Part shown: in pieces, positions 27,416 to 40,830 of the stretch | Position numbering within the stretch: position 1 is the stretch's first letter | Layout: every line of letters begins with the position of its first letter | Source: Tubulanus polymorphus | Taxonomy: Eukaryota > Animalia > Nemertea | NCBI RefSeq assembly: GCF_964204645.1 | Contig: NC_134028.1 | Location: 1,178,001-1,242,000 of the forward strand | Length of the DNA: 64,000 bases | Direction of reading: 5' to 3' | Position numbers and translations under genes: made by a program | The notes under the pieces: model-generated | Database searches by the model: none | Told to the model about the DNA's origin: nothing | The model's input: the letters and a program-made list of their open reading frames with translations, nothing else

Positions 27416-27897
27416 GGTTTCCGCTAGAGAAGGCTTTGCGCGTGTGATTTATTATAAACACGAGCTGACCACCAGGGATGATGTTCACCGAGGCGTCATA
27501 CGTCCACCACTCACTTGCTGCGGCTGATGATGAAGACAGTAAAACTAATGAAGCGAAATCACAATTTGACTAGAAAATCCGTAGAACTTTAGCCGATAGT
27601 AACCCAAACAAGTCTATAGGATGAACTCACAATATGAGTAATGATAACAATATATCTATCTGATTTCTAATATATATAGCAAATATATTTGAAACAGTAT
27701 TGCTAAATTATCTGTAGGAAAAATGTCCTTTATTTACTATATCATATCATAACATATCAGTCTTGGTAGTCTCGGTTGGTCTCTTGAGACCTTGACCCTA
27801 TTCAGTTTTCGGGGAGCAATACGGTTCATTTAAATCTATTCCATTCCAGTCTATCCCTAAAGATGATTTTATAGATGGGCTTGTTATCAGAATATGA

Positions 27898-28107
27898 CTC
27901 AGACACCACACCTGACTGGTCACCACACCTGACTGGTCACCACAGCAAAATGGTCACCACACTGACCAGACAAACTTACAAACTTGACCAACTACCAAGA
28001 GATATGTGGTCTAGTGGTTAGAGTGCTAAGCTGGCAGGCAAGAGGTTCTCGGTTCAAGTACCAGAGTGGCTAGGGTTAGGGTTATCAACTAGCTAGGTAA
28101 GGATTAG
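27898..28107 (+). mobile_element. Composite repeat with internal tRNA-derived A/B boxes and TTAGGG tract (copy 1)
   Basis: A box TGGTCTAGTGG (28007-28017), B box GGTTCAAGTACC (28051-28062), then tagggttagggtta. Homologous to 39572-39782. Confidence 0.7.
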
Positions 28108-28869
28108 CGTTCGAAGAGCTTGGATTTTTATGCCGAAAAGATACACATTCCTTCACACCTGAATCAATTATCCATTAACATGAAGGGCAAAAGCAGCTAA
28201 CGAATACTTTTTTCAGATGTAATTTTTCCATGTGTCATGGCTGGCATTTATGATCAGATTATTTTACCAAGAACAAAAACGGAGTCAAGCCGACCTCGAA
28301 AATGTGACAAATATTTAATATGTACAAACATTTTATTTTCGCAGAATTGTTGATAACAAATGAATAGTTCAGCAACAGCAGCAGCAGCAGCAGCAGCAGC
28401 TTTCGCTACAGGCTTCATCTTACACTAAACAAACATCGAAATTCATCCATTCATCAGTGGTAAAAATATTCCACAATCGAAAGTATATTTTACCCGACCT
28501 GAATTCATATTTGACAAAATGAAATACGCGTTGGAGGAAGCTGCTCTCAGAGGAAACGTGAAACTCAATCAGACATTTTTCGCTCAGGACAAAAACAAAT
28601 TAAACTGACATTTTTGCAAGTTAATCAATATCTGAGGGTTTGAATTTTTGTCCTTTCAAATCAAATGAGATGAAATGATAGAAAGAAGATGACATTAAAG
28701 TACATTTAGTGAAATAAGTTTGATCTCTTCGCACTAGAAGTCTTAAACGATTGGTTACTAAAACCCACGCAATCATCACGCGTGCCATAATCTTCCAGGA
28801 GCAACATATTATACAAGGATGAAATTTTTAAAGAGTTTATTGCCTTCAGGTAACAGAGAGTTAGAATCT

Positions 28870-28886
28870 ACCGTAGATGGCAGCAC
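28870..28886 (+). promoter_or_regulatory. CTCF-like motif
   Basis: ACCGTAGATGGCAGCAC. Motif match only. Confidence 0.4.
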
Positions 28887-29514
28887 CGCATTGTCGATCG
28901 GTAAAATACAAAGTGATTTCTTCCAAGTCGTTTTATCACAATTACGAAGCAATAATTAGACAGTTTTTAGCTACAGATGAACAAAGTTAAACTCAGTTGA
29001 TTTATCATATGAACTAGTTATTTACAGTCAGGTCACGTGACAACCATTAGGGAGGCAAAGTAGTTTCAATATCATTTGGTAAAACATCATAAACTGAAAG
29101 AAGCTACTAATTTATTAATTCTTTATTTCATTACAGTCGAATTTAATTTAAATTTTAGTTTAAATCTTAATGTCGATGTTATCATATTTTACAATCCACT
29201 CTTAATAAAATGTAAGCAAAATATGCAGTTTCTTAATTTGTACGAAATTTCATTCATCGAAAAATATGATCGTGTGTTAAAGGTATGTAATATCGATAAA
29301 CACAAACGTATTTTAGAGAGCTCACGGGTAAATAAGATTTCAACGGAAACGAGTGAGAAAATGTCTTTGGTTTCTCATTACGCAGTCATTCCCAGAAAGA
29401 AACCCGCTAATAAGTCGTAAATAAAAACAAATCCGGAGTCGACAAATTTTGTAAAGTCGTCTTTTCCCGTATTGGCCATTTGACACTGGCTGCTAATTGT
29501 CTTCGGCAGACGTG

Positions 29515-29528
29515 GTTGCCATAGCAAC
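29515..29528. promoter_or_regulatory. RFX X-box motif in a GC-richer unique block
   Basis: GTTGCCATAGCAAC matches the RFX consensus GTNRCC(N0-3)RGYAAC. Confidence 0.55.
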
Positions 29529-32500
29529 TGTAGTTGTCTACATCTGTTTCGCGGATGATCTTGTCGGTGGCGGGAGGGAGGGAGGGAGAAGTTGATTTGT
29601 GGTGTGCCTTTAATGTATTAAAGCACAGATAAACGTAACAGACGGGGGAGTGAGCAGGGTTCGACCGACCGACCGACTGGTGAGAAGAAATACCAGCACA
29701 TACTCTCCTCCTCCGTGTGTCTCTCAGATTATGCTCAGTGCGCGTCAATTACCGGTGAATGCTCGCATACAATACCCATCAAGGCACCCGATATTGTGAC
29801 TAATAGTCACTTTACAGGCTCCCTGTCAAGCGAAAAACAGCAATGAAAACACGACTTACTTTCGTCTATAAATATTGATGCAAAAACGGCGAGCACAGCG
29901 AGTGATAGTGGGCTGAGAGCTGAGAGGCTGCTGCTGCTGCTGCATTTACTATCATCGTAAAACAATTAATGCATCCGTAATTAAAAGCTTTCGTCTTCCA
30001 TTTGTTCGTGCTAATTAAATCAGACAGATCATTCTATTGATTGGCTCTATTCACGACGAGGATCACAATCGCAGAAATCATATTGATGAAATAATAACGA
30101 AAAAATTGAAGTTTTCCACAAAAAAGAAATCTTTGTAAATTTTACAAGAGTTTTTACCCGTCTGTTGAAAGATTAGTCAGATATAATATATATATATATA
30201 TATTTGCAGTCACCATTTCTCTCATTGGATGACAAGATAAAAGTGTTTGAATACAGTATAGTGTTATGTAGATATCAATGGATTAAAAGGTCTGGCTGGC
30301 CACAGCTGTGAGGCATACGTATAATAAATCAATGCTATTAAACATTAGTTGTCAGTTCGGGACAAGGAAAGAATAGATCGATATATAGTTTGTAGCCTAC
30401 CACGACGCATCAGGTAGAATATGATAGAAACAACACATGTAATATTCAGAGCATCCACAGTTATTAGATTTAGTTTATTGGTTTATTAATGAGGAGCTCG
30501 CACAGACTACACTTATTTACTAGTCACCCCTACCCCTATATATACATCACACAATAAAACTGATATATCATAACCAATTATATCTACTTTAATCGATTAT
30601 TAGCAATAACAATTTCGATTAAAAGTTATATCGACGACAAGATGACATTAATAACTAGATTCCGCAATCAGCAACTCGGGCTAAGTTTTCTAAATGACTC
30701 AAAATTTACGAAGCTTAGGCTTCAACGAAGATTTTTAGAAAGGCAACTATTAATTGATCGGTTTCTGAGAGCTGATTAACTTTTAAATTTTTAAATTTTG
30801 AAGAAACGAATCATCGGAGAGAAAAGTTCTGAAGTTTAAATTGGTTCATTCCCAAACGTGTCATCGCTGTTTGTCCAACTGTCGACATCCTAGCGGAAAA
30901 AAAAACCAGTTCAGAAAGTGACGGTAAATCAGTAATGATGTCTTACAAGTTATAACGAATACCACATAAAGTCTAAACTCATTAGAGAAGAGAACTAACT
31001 TTTTAAGAATCATCGAACTCACTAAAGCGTGGTGGGGTATTGTTTAGCGTGTTTAAGGATTCGTTTCGATATTGTAGCCACACAAGATTGAAAGTTACCA
31101 CTTTATATTGACAATTAGCATCCACGATACCTTTTACTCACTGATAGATCAAACACCTATAAGTCGAGAAACATTATTGCTAAATTACATATCATCCTTC
31201 ATCTACCTACAATCGGTGCAATTACAGAAAGAGAAGTCTGTAAATTTGTCACGACTAAATTCCATAAGGATATTTTTAAGAGTCACAATTAAAAACAATT
31301 AATAGATACAGAAGGTGAAGAATGTGATTACAGGTCTCATTACAGTAGAGAATAAACCATCGATCACCAGTCCTCAACTAAACAACATACAGCAACACAC
31401 CGCGATAGATTACAGTAATTGCACATCAACTCATTTCCCCTTGGATGTCTCTCTCCCTCTCGCCTTGTGCTGAGACAAACAACATAGAGAGAATTTATTT
31501 ACAGCTCAGCATCGTTACACGCTGATATTCAATCTATCATCTACAACGACGACGATGGACAGACTGACGTAACCAGTACCAAACCACACTCATTCTCATC
31601 TCCACTACAGCCAAGTCTATTAAATCTTTGTTTTTTCTTTTGAAAATCGGACATGTTTTCAATGATTTAGGGAGCGTTAAGACGTACGTGTGAATCAAAG
31701 CGTCTCCTATTATTACTCGCATAATGAGATTTATAGCGCGGACATCGATCGTTCAGATCCGCAAAATCGAAATCAGCGCCAATAATAAATTCAATAGTCA
31801 GATGCGTTAAAGTGTTCGTCGCGTGGAGCGCTCATTATTTGTGCGCAGCAGCAGTTATTAAATTACCGATATATTTTATGGTTAATAGAAACCGATTCCA
31901 ATGTGAAGTAAATCATTGTTTCGATGCGTCCACTAATTCTCGCTCGATGGCTCCATATCTTCTACATAGTTTTATGAGAACAATTTTTTTCTGAAGGACA
32001 AACGATGTAAAGATTGATTAATCCGCGTCGTGTCTTCTAGTTTATTAATCAGGTTTCCGTAAGTAATCACACGAGAAAGTTTCTCAAGGCCCATCAAAAT
32101 TTAGATCATAGAACAGTTTTTGTCTCGATAAACAGTTTCGCAGCTTTTCGAGACGACACAAGTGAAAAGAGAATCGAGAGAGGATGAGTCTGAAATCTGT
32201 CATTGTAAATTACACTCCTTAAACATAAGAAAATACATCTAAACATTTAGAGCTAATGATGCTATAAATAGCCATAATCACATGACGGTTTTCGACCTGT
32301 GCGGGATTAGGCCCGGGCAAACGGTTGCTCATTTGACACGGGGCAAACATCGGACCAGGCCCGTACCAGTTCGGGAAGTGACTCACCTCACTTGCCACAG
32401 CATTGTATTGATACCATTTTATAATAAACATTTTGGTAATGAATGAGTGATGTTCCATAACCTGTAAGTCTTCAAGAATTAACATACTAAAGTTGCTCAA

Positions 32501-34250
32501 AGGTTGGGTTAGCTAATGAAGCTATGAATTTGTGATAACTTCGCTGTAATAATTCATCACCACACATTCCATCATTCAATAATCGATGTAATTCTGAATA
32601 ACAGCAGCGATAGTGAATGAATATCAACTCGACAATCAGAGAGCTTTACTTCCGCAGGTAACCGATGATTTCATTTCAATTATATACCGGTAACAGTAAT
32701 AACACGCTCACTAATATCGGCTAAAATTTTAGTCTTTATGATTTTCTGGTATTAGCTATAGTGATTATTCAGTATGAATAACTATAATCAAATAAACAGT
32801 GACATATTGGTTTAATATCTTATAGCTATAGTCGCTCGCTCGAGTAGTTGAGTATAAACGCTCAGTACCAGCTGCTATAACTATTAATCGTTTGCTCGTG
32901 CTATTGTCATTTCTTTCGAAGAATTCACCGGCAAAAAGAAACAATAGCAGTTCATACTTTCCTAGAACTAAACCGATGATTTATGCAATAAATTTACGAC
33001 AAATCCATTAATCATTATTTCCTACATCCTATTGACAATCGATCAGTTACAGTTGTTTCACAATTCTATGTTACGTCTTACAGCTTTTACATTTCTACTC
33101 GCTATATATACATATATATATATATAGACCCCAATCAATGATATCTACGTGAAGACTTTATTACAGATTTTCTGTTCGAGGTCTTGTATTCTCTTTGTAC
33201 AGGTAATTGATTTCCGATTGTTAACCGATGGACGAGCAACTCAAATATTATAGTGAAACTAACTCCTCAGCATAGTTTTGTGGAAAATATTTTTTACAAA
33301 AACCATGAATAAGTTATGAATTAATCAGTTGCTATAAAAGGCAAGTTCAATGACGGGTAGTTCACAACACATTGAAACTGATTCAAAAAGCTGGTACCAG
33401 ATTCGTAGAGGATGATAATATCTGTTTGTTTCAGCAGTTATCTATATCTAAGTAGCGTTAAAAACGTGAAATACCTGAATATGAAAACCTGCGCTGCTTA
33501 TTCATTCAGTTGATATTGATTTGTAAAATACAAATTCATATATAAAGGGAACGTCAGGGGTTAGTATCGAGAAAGCTGTCACCAAATGTAAGTATCAAAC
33601 TTGGCTCGATTGTATAGCATTAGCAAACCTAATATTGTCATCTACATCTGTACGTTAATGTAAAAAAACGCTACGCGATATATTTTCAAAGGCAAGCTGT
33701 CTGATACTGGGGTATTATTCATAACTATAATACAAGTCACAGAAATCCATAATTATGTCTCGACATTCAGGCATCTTTAGTAACAAAGCAAATTTGAAAG
33801 GCTTCAAGACTGCAGCCATTTAAGAGTTCTTTATATGAACAGTTCACAAGTGAAGACAACAGTTGCTAATAAAAAGAAAGGTAAAAACATGATTTATAGG
33901 AATCATACCGCAAGAACCAGCAATTCTTTTTATTCAAATCAGATAATTGAAATACCTGAGAGTAAAATCAGGGTCGTAATCGCTCAGAAGTTAAGGGACC
34001 TTTATGGTGGGATGAATATGGATTATATTTACAATAAATGCATATGTAAGGTAGTTGATAGTTTCTATTGTAAGTTTAAAACAGCGTTGAGAAAGTGATG
34101 TTGCCTCGGATGGACGAGATCTGTATAAGATCAATGGCTAAGTAGATTTTTGTGCACTCGATTGCAACATTATTTGATTTGACATAATGCATTGCGTTAC
34201 ACTTGTCCCGTTATAGACTATTAGTTATCTATTGATCAATTGTAACAGAT

Positions 34251-34692
34251 AGGAGAGTGAGAATAGAGAGAGGGAGAGGGAGAGAGGGAGAGGGAGAGAG
34301 AGAGAGGGAGAGAGGGAGAGAGGGAGAGAGGGAGAGGGAGAGAGGGAGAGAGGGAGAGAGAGAGGGAGGTGGAGGGGGAGGGAAAGGGAGAGGGAGAGAG
34401 GGAGAGGTGGAGGGGGAAGGAGAGAGGAGAGTGAGGGAGAGTGAGAGTAGAAAGAGGGGAAGAGAGAGAGGAGAGGGAGGGAGAGTGAGGGAGAGGGAGT
34501 TTGAGAGTAGAGAGAGAGAGTGAGAGTACAGAGAGGGGAAGAGAGGGGGAGAGAGGGGAGAGTGAGAGGGGAAGAGTGAGAGGGGAAGAGAGAGAGGGGA
34601 GAGAGGGGAGAGTGAGAGGGGAAGAGAGAGGGAGAGGGGGAGAGAGGAAAGTGAGAGGGATTGGGAGAGGGATGGGGAGGGGGGAGAGGGAA
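34251..34692. repeat. GA-rich polypurine low-complexity tract
   Basis: ~440 bp almost entirely G/A (gagagg, gggaga). Confidence 0.95.
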
Positions 34693-35685
34693 AGATATCC
34701 AGATTAAAATATGTAACCCGACTTCATGTAGGGATTCAATGAACTAAAATCAATTTTAAGTCTGATATTCAATAAGTCGACAGGGTGTGTACACTGCACA
34801 ATGTCAGTTGTTCCGTTAACTCAAAGGTGGCTTATTTTCATTTCAATTAATACAATACTTAATGCCTAGATTCGTCCATAAATTATCGTACCCCGGACAG
34901 TTCGATAATCACGCCATCTGTACGCGAATATGAATCAATAGCAAAATCATTTACATGTTTTTATTTAGTTCAGAGTTTAGAGAGAAACGCTACTCGACTA
35001 TAGACAATGATGTTACGTTTGAAAATAAACACCTTAACACATCAAAGATTTTTTTTTCAAACATATCCCTTTATCAAATGAATATTCATGAACCGAGGGA
35101 CCGACGACATTACGATAGATTACGGATAACGTATCATCCGTCATATCGGTCGCTAGTGTAAAACTTTCACAAATATTACGAGTTTTAATTCGCGGAATGC
35201 ACATTTATTACGACTAGACGTTGATTAATCTTACAGAAAACCGGTGTGAGCTTCTCTCATTTATCAATACGCCAGTGTTAGTGTAGTAGTATCACAAGCC
35301 AATGATACAGTTCTCTGTAGCATGTTTGACAAAGTATTTAATTATTGACGACTCTAATGCAATCTGATACTCTATAATACACCCAGTTATAATCAGGATT
35401 CATATGAATATTACTATCTGACGTGAAGATACCGGGATTAAAACTGCGCATCTCAACAAATCCTACGATCAAGATTAAAAACAAATAAAGATTCTATTCA
35501 TCAGGTGCCAATTCTATAGTTCTCGATGTACACTTAACTGTAGCAATAAAAGATTCCACTTATGGCAAGTGACGACCCACCCAGGTGTCGCTAGTGTGCA
35601 GTTAGACAAATTCTATGAACGAAGAATGAAAATAACGCTAAATTTGAATTGTAAATATCAATTTGAGTTTGTACCGAAACTTAGG

Positions 35686-35964
35686 TCATCTAGCGGCATA
35701 TCTGGTGCAGCACGCCATCTAGTGGCATATCTGGTGTAGCACGCCATCTAGCGGCATATCTGGTGTAGCACGCCATCTAGCGGCATATCTGGTGTAGCAC
35801 GCCATCTAGTGGCATATCTGGTGTAGTACGCCATCTAGCGGCATATCTGGTGCAGCACGCCATCTAGCGGCATATCTGGTGTAGCACGCTATCTAGCGGC
35901 ATATCTGGTGTAGCACGCCATCTAGCGGCATATCTGGTGCAGCACGCCATCTAGTGGGATATCT
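35686..35964. repeat. Minisatellite, 29-bp unit, ~9.5 copies, each carrying a CTCF-like motif on the minus strand
   Basis: Unit catctag(c/t)ggcatatctggtg(t/c)agcacgc; the reverse complement contains TGCC(G/A)CTAGATGGCGTGC. Confidence 0.93.
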
Positions 35965-36608
35965 AATTTAACTGTGAATTGTAGAACTGGATCTTGAGGT
36001 TTTAAATTCTGTTCAATTGATATCAATATAGAGATGTTCAGTTGTTTCAATGTTTGTTCATTAATGAAACCTGTTTATATAAGAGAGTGAGAGACTATGA
36101 CGCTGATAATATGTTTGATGTCCTCGAGCTAGCTCAGGCATGCCTCATATTTGGAAAAGTCGACGATAAGTAGCACACAGTGACCCTAAGCTACAATAAC
36201 ATCGTAATCCGACAACTATAAACTTTGCCACCGTATTACGAGTGTTTTACAGCAATTCGCGTATTTCCCCTGTCAACCATTAGCGGCGGTTATTACGTAG
36301 ACAGCACTGAGGGGAAAGGAGTGCTGACATAAAAAGCCACTCAGCCACCGATTGAGACCGCGGTAATCGGAATCAACATATTTCAGCCCGATTACCATCT
36401 TGATTCCAGAGAATACATAATCTAGCCCTAATACATCCTCATCAATATTTCTTTAATTCTTGAGATTAGGTCTCAAATTGAAAGCGCTTTATCGTAAAAT
36501 ATCATCTAATAATTATTTTTTTTCATTTTTCATCCGAGTGGATTAGAATAGATCAGATAATTAGAGTTGATACAAAGTGATCTGTGGTCATTACATAGAC
36601 ACGTGCTA

Positions 36609-37060
36609 AGCTGCTGGAACTCATGATCATGGTAGCTGCTGGAACTCATGATCATGGTAGCTGCTGGAACTCATGATCATGGTAGCTGCTGGAACTCATG
36701 ATCATGGTAGCTGCTGGAACTCATGATCATGGTAGCTGCTGGAACTCATGATCATGGTAGCTGATTGAACTCATGATCATGGTAGCTGATTGAACTCATG
36801 ATCATGGTAGCTGATTGAACTCATGATCATGGTAGCTGATTGAACTCATGATCATGGTAGCTGATTGAACTCATGATCATGGTAGCTGATTGAACTCATG
36901 ATCATGGTAGCTGATTGAACTCATGATCATGGTAGCTGCTGGAACTCATGATCATGGTAGCTGCTGGAACTCATGATCATGGTAGCTGCTGGAACTCATA
37001 ATGATGGTAACTGATTGAACTCATGGTGATAGTAGCTGCTGGATATTCATGGTTGCGGTA

Positions 37061-37090
<30 letters not shown>
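36609..37090. repeat. Minisatellite, 25-bp unit, ~18 copies, followed by (GCT)n
   Basis: Unit agctg(ctg/att)gaactcatgatcatggt with two variants in blocks (6, 7, then 3) and an internal palindrome catgatcatg. Confidence 0.96.
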
Positions 37091-37091
<1 letters not shown>

Positions 37092-39571
37092 AGACAGCGA
37101 TGCCAGCAATATCATAATCATGTTTCATCAACTCTATCACCTCCAACGATTCATCACCGGCGTAATCAATAATCTTTGCCAACAATCAGCTAATCCCGTC
37201 GTCGTCGACGACGCCGCGCTCGCTCGCTCGTTCGTTCCACCGGGATTCAAACTTTCATTTCTACACCATCTTCACCAGCGATATTCGCTCCATCAATCAT
37301 CATAGAGAGAGTGAGACCCTGGGAGTGAACGGCCGCCGCCTCGCGACTCCTCTACCTCAATCCTCATCGACTAAGTACCGCATCAGAAAAACAGGAAGTG
37401 GAAATGATCATTGCTAAGTCACCAAACGATATGTCACACGAGTTTCCGCGGATTCAATTCGGCTTTTTTTCGAAGGTGCGATCAATTATACTGACACACG
37501 AAAACAAATCATTGAATCAACGATCGATTATAAAACATAGATTGAATGAATGAATAAATGAATGAAATATACTTATATCTAAATAATTGAATATTCTTAA
37601 CTTGAAACTTATTGATAAATAGCAAAGAAAGAAGAGTGGTAGCTGAAAAGTGCACCAACACTGGGTTCTGGGTTCACTTTCAAAATAGAATTAAAACATT
37701 TGGTTTAGTTGTTTTTGGTTTCTTCGCGTCCTAAATAAGGCCAACAATTCAAACTGAAACGTTTATAAGCTTAATTCTCTTTGGCTAAATTAACCCGATA
37801 TCTTCATGCTTTGAAGTATATCTGCTGCCGTGTGGCGCATCCCTTATTCCTGATCAAAATTGTATTATTACTTATATTGTACATATGTAACAATTACATA
37901 AAACAAATCTATTTTACAGTAAATTTGAAAATCTGTTTGTACTTGAACAAGTTTATATAGACACAAATTAAAGCATAAATTACTGAATAACAGATGGAGA
38001 AATTTTGAGAATATTGACAATAATGGTGTAAACAACGATGACATTAGATTAAAGCATTCCCGGTGTGTTTAGACTGCCACGCACCCTGGTGATTAGATAT
38101 CAAACAAGATCTATCCATTTGCGGTTACAAATTTCCGCGCGAATTAACGACGCAAAATTGTATCGACGAATTCAACGATAAACTGACCAGGAATATCGGC
38201 GACAATACTGACCGTTGATATTTGAAAATATTGCGACGATCTCAGTCTCCGATCGATCCGTCGGAATAAGTCGTAACCGATAACGACCACGCGAAATTAT
38301 CCGACCGCGGAAATAACCGGTTGAAGAAGATGATGTGCGCTGGAAGCTAAGCGAGCAGAGCTGCTACTCAAACCAGAGCATTTAATATTGATCCCGAGAC
38401 ACAGCGCAATCGTAACATAATTAGTTTTGCCGGAGAAAGTTCCTACACCGAGATTTTCATAATATATTTAGAGCCCCATAACCGGCGGCATATTGCTGTA
38501 TAAGACCGAGGACGATGACACAAGGAGGTAATAAGTCATGAAGGCGAGATATACATATACACAGTAGTGTTAACCATTTATCACATATCAACTACAAACT
38601 ATCAGCCTTCGTATCAACTTTATATTTATTCATCAATGATAAAAAAGTTACTTAGTAACGAATTAATTAACAAATCAATTAGCGCCTATATTGACTCTAA
38701 ATTAGCCGTCAAGAAGAAAATCATTCAGTTACTGGTCCCAGTTTCAACGAAAAATAATTAAGCTGGAAACAGTTTAAGTTAGAATTGTTGACCTCATTGA
38801 AGAAACAGATAATCTAATCGAAATCAGACCCAGGCGAAGTCACTAAAGAATATTTCTCCCGTTTCAAATCAATTACAAGAAAATCGACAAAAATTCCAAA
38901 TATAAAATACTGGGTGCAGTTGCTCGAAAGTTGGTTAGAATATTAACTGGTAGATGAACAATGCGATGGTCACAATGCTGATTGCTGATTAAGCGATGGT
39001 CGAGTCCGATTTAGTTTATCAGTTTAACTTTAAGGAGTCTTCATTTTGCAACAGATCATGAACAAAAAGAGGAAGGTTAATGAATAAAATTGTATCGTCT
39101 CATTTCATTAATCAGTGCACGACTTCTTTTTTGAAATGTGGTAATAAATGATTCTAACGCAGTACAGAAGAATGGTGATATTGATGACACTGTGATGGTG
39201 GTCGGTGTAGCGAGAGGCACTACCGATGGCGCCATGCTGACGATGAATTAATATCCGGTTGAAATTGCTCGAAGAACAAAACAAACTGTAAGTCACTGAC
39301 TGAGAGTGAAATTTAAATAGGTTCATTTATTGACAGCGGAAAAAGGTGTCAAACATTGAAATGTACTGCAGTTATCTCTACTACTATCCTCACTAACTGT
39401 ACATGAATATCAGTTTCTATGTTTTATTTATATATAATCACTGTGGAAACATTATAACCTAAAAGATGCCTTTATTTTCCTTTGTTTTACTAAGAATGCC
39501 CTTAAAATACTTAGCAATGGGCTTGTTAGGTATTGTAATTGAGAGAATGATAGCTGGTATTGTTAATGAAT

Positions 39572-39782
39572 AGAGCCACCAAGTTTGACTGTACACCCCA
39601 GCCAAATGGCCAGACTGACCAGATTAACTTCAAACCTCACGCTGTCACCAACAGTTTGGTGGCCTAGTGGGTAGAGTGTAGGGCTGGCAGGCAAGAGGTT
39701 CCTAGTTCAAATCCTGGAATTGCTAGGGTTAGGGTTATCGACCAGCTAGGGTTAGGGTCAGGGTTAGAGCAGTGGTCAGGTA
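39572..39782 (+). mobile_element. Composite repeat with internal tRNA-derived A/B boxes and TTAGGG tracts (copy 2)
   Basis: A box TGGCCTAGTGG (39660-39670), B box AGTTCAAATCC (39704-39714), and two tagggttaggg tracts. The upstream aaatgg..actgaccaga..aactt.caaac segment is shared with copy 1. Confidence 0.7.
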
Positions 39783-40333
39783 GATTTTGCGATTATGCTT
39801 TTTTTTTCTTTAAAAAAAAAAATTCTGCTGTAAACCGCTACAGTTGATGAGTCACTGTTGCCTGTGCTGAATCAGAAATAAGACAAGCAAATCTTGAAAG
39901 ATAGAATCCATTGGGGGCAGAGTCCTCAACGCAGAATCAATCAATATAGGTGCTGCGAACACAGTCACAAAACAATTAAGACAGGATTGTGATTTAACCC
40001 CAAACTGTAAAATGGCTCAACTGACGACCGACCGACCGACCGGAGTCAGTTCCACAATTAATTATCATTCATTTCATCCATCTAAGATACAGACTCAAAG
40101 AAAGAGAGATGAAAACTGTGTACGACATCAAAGCATTGAATATCATGAGTTTCTAAATGTTAAAGGTCATAGGATGAATTACTGAAGTGATGTTATACTA
40201 TTTGATGTAATGAAACTAACGAAGTACACTGAAATAATGATCCTTAAAAACGAGTGACACTCTGTATACATTCTGCACCGATCGGGTGAAGTATAAAGAC
40301 AATTGAAAACTTGTAGAATTGATTGTCTAGCGC

Positions 40334-40420
40334 GGAGTATCCAGTATGCTGACCTGGAGTATCCAGTATGCTGACCTGGAGTATCCAGTATGCTGACCTG
40401 GAGTATCCAGTATGCTGACC
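40334..40420. repeat. Minisatellite, 22-bp unit, 4 copies
   Basis: Tandem unit ggagtatccagtatgctgacct. Confidence 0.95.
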
Positions 40421-40545
40421 GGTGATCTATCTGACAACCATTAACTTCATAGACTATGTAAGTATGATCATAAATATCAACAGGCTGCTTACTGCTACAC
40501 CAGTAAATCAGACAGGGATACATTAACTCTCTCTATCATTTATCT

Positions 40546-40830
40546 ACGAGACCGTGAACAAATATTTGCGCTCGGTCCCGGGCTGCACTTTCACTTCTCA
40601 AAATGTGAATATAGGCTTTTGGTCAATCGTTCTTAACCCAAGCCAAATTAGGCCCGACCAAAAACGTAGGACCAGCCCCCAGCCAAATTTTACCACAGAT
40701 CAAATTATTTCACTTCGTTTTAATCATTGTTTAGTAATGAGTGAGTGGTTTACGTGTGAATACGCTCGCTAATTAGGTACGGGCCAAATTTGACTCAGGC
40801 CTGATCCGGGCCTATTCGTGTGGTCGCGGC
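40546..40830. mobile_element. Degraded GC-richer repeat, possible old DNA-transposon derivative (related piece near 32283-32380)
   Basis: Weak terminal inverted similarity (cgagaccgtgaa vs ttcgtgtggtcgcg). The ttaggcccg and ggcccgtacc/ggtacgggcc motifs are shared with 32283-32380. Confidence 0.35.

Noticed and set aside
28003-28070. Functional tRNA gene (also 39655-39722)
   Set aside because: A and B boxes are present but acceptor and anticodon stems do not pair, there is no oligo-T terminator, and both sit inside a repeat.
33835-34098. 87-aa ORF with faint likeness to a CR1-type ORF2 C-terminus (SFYSNQII...FKTAL)
   Set aside because: Similarity is too weak to support by eye.
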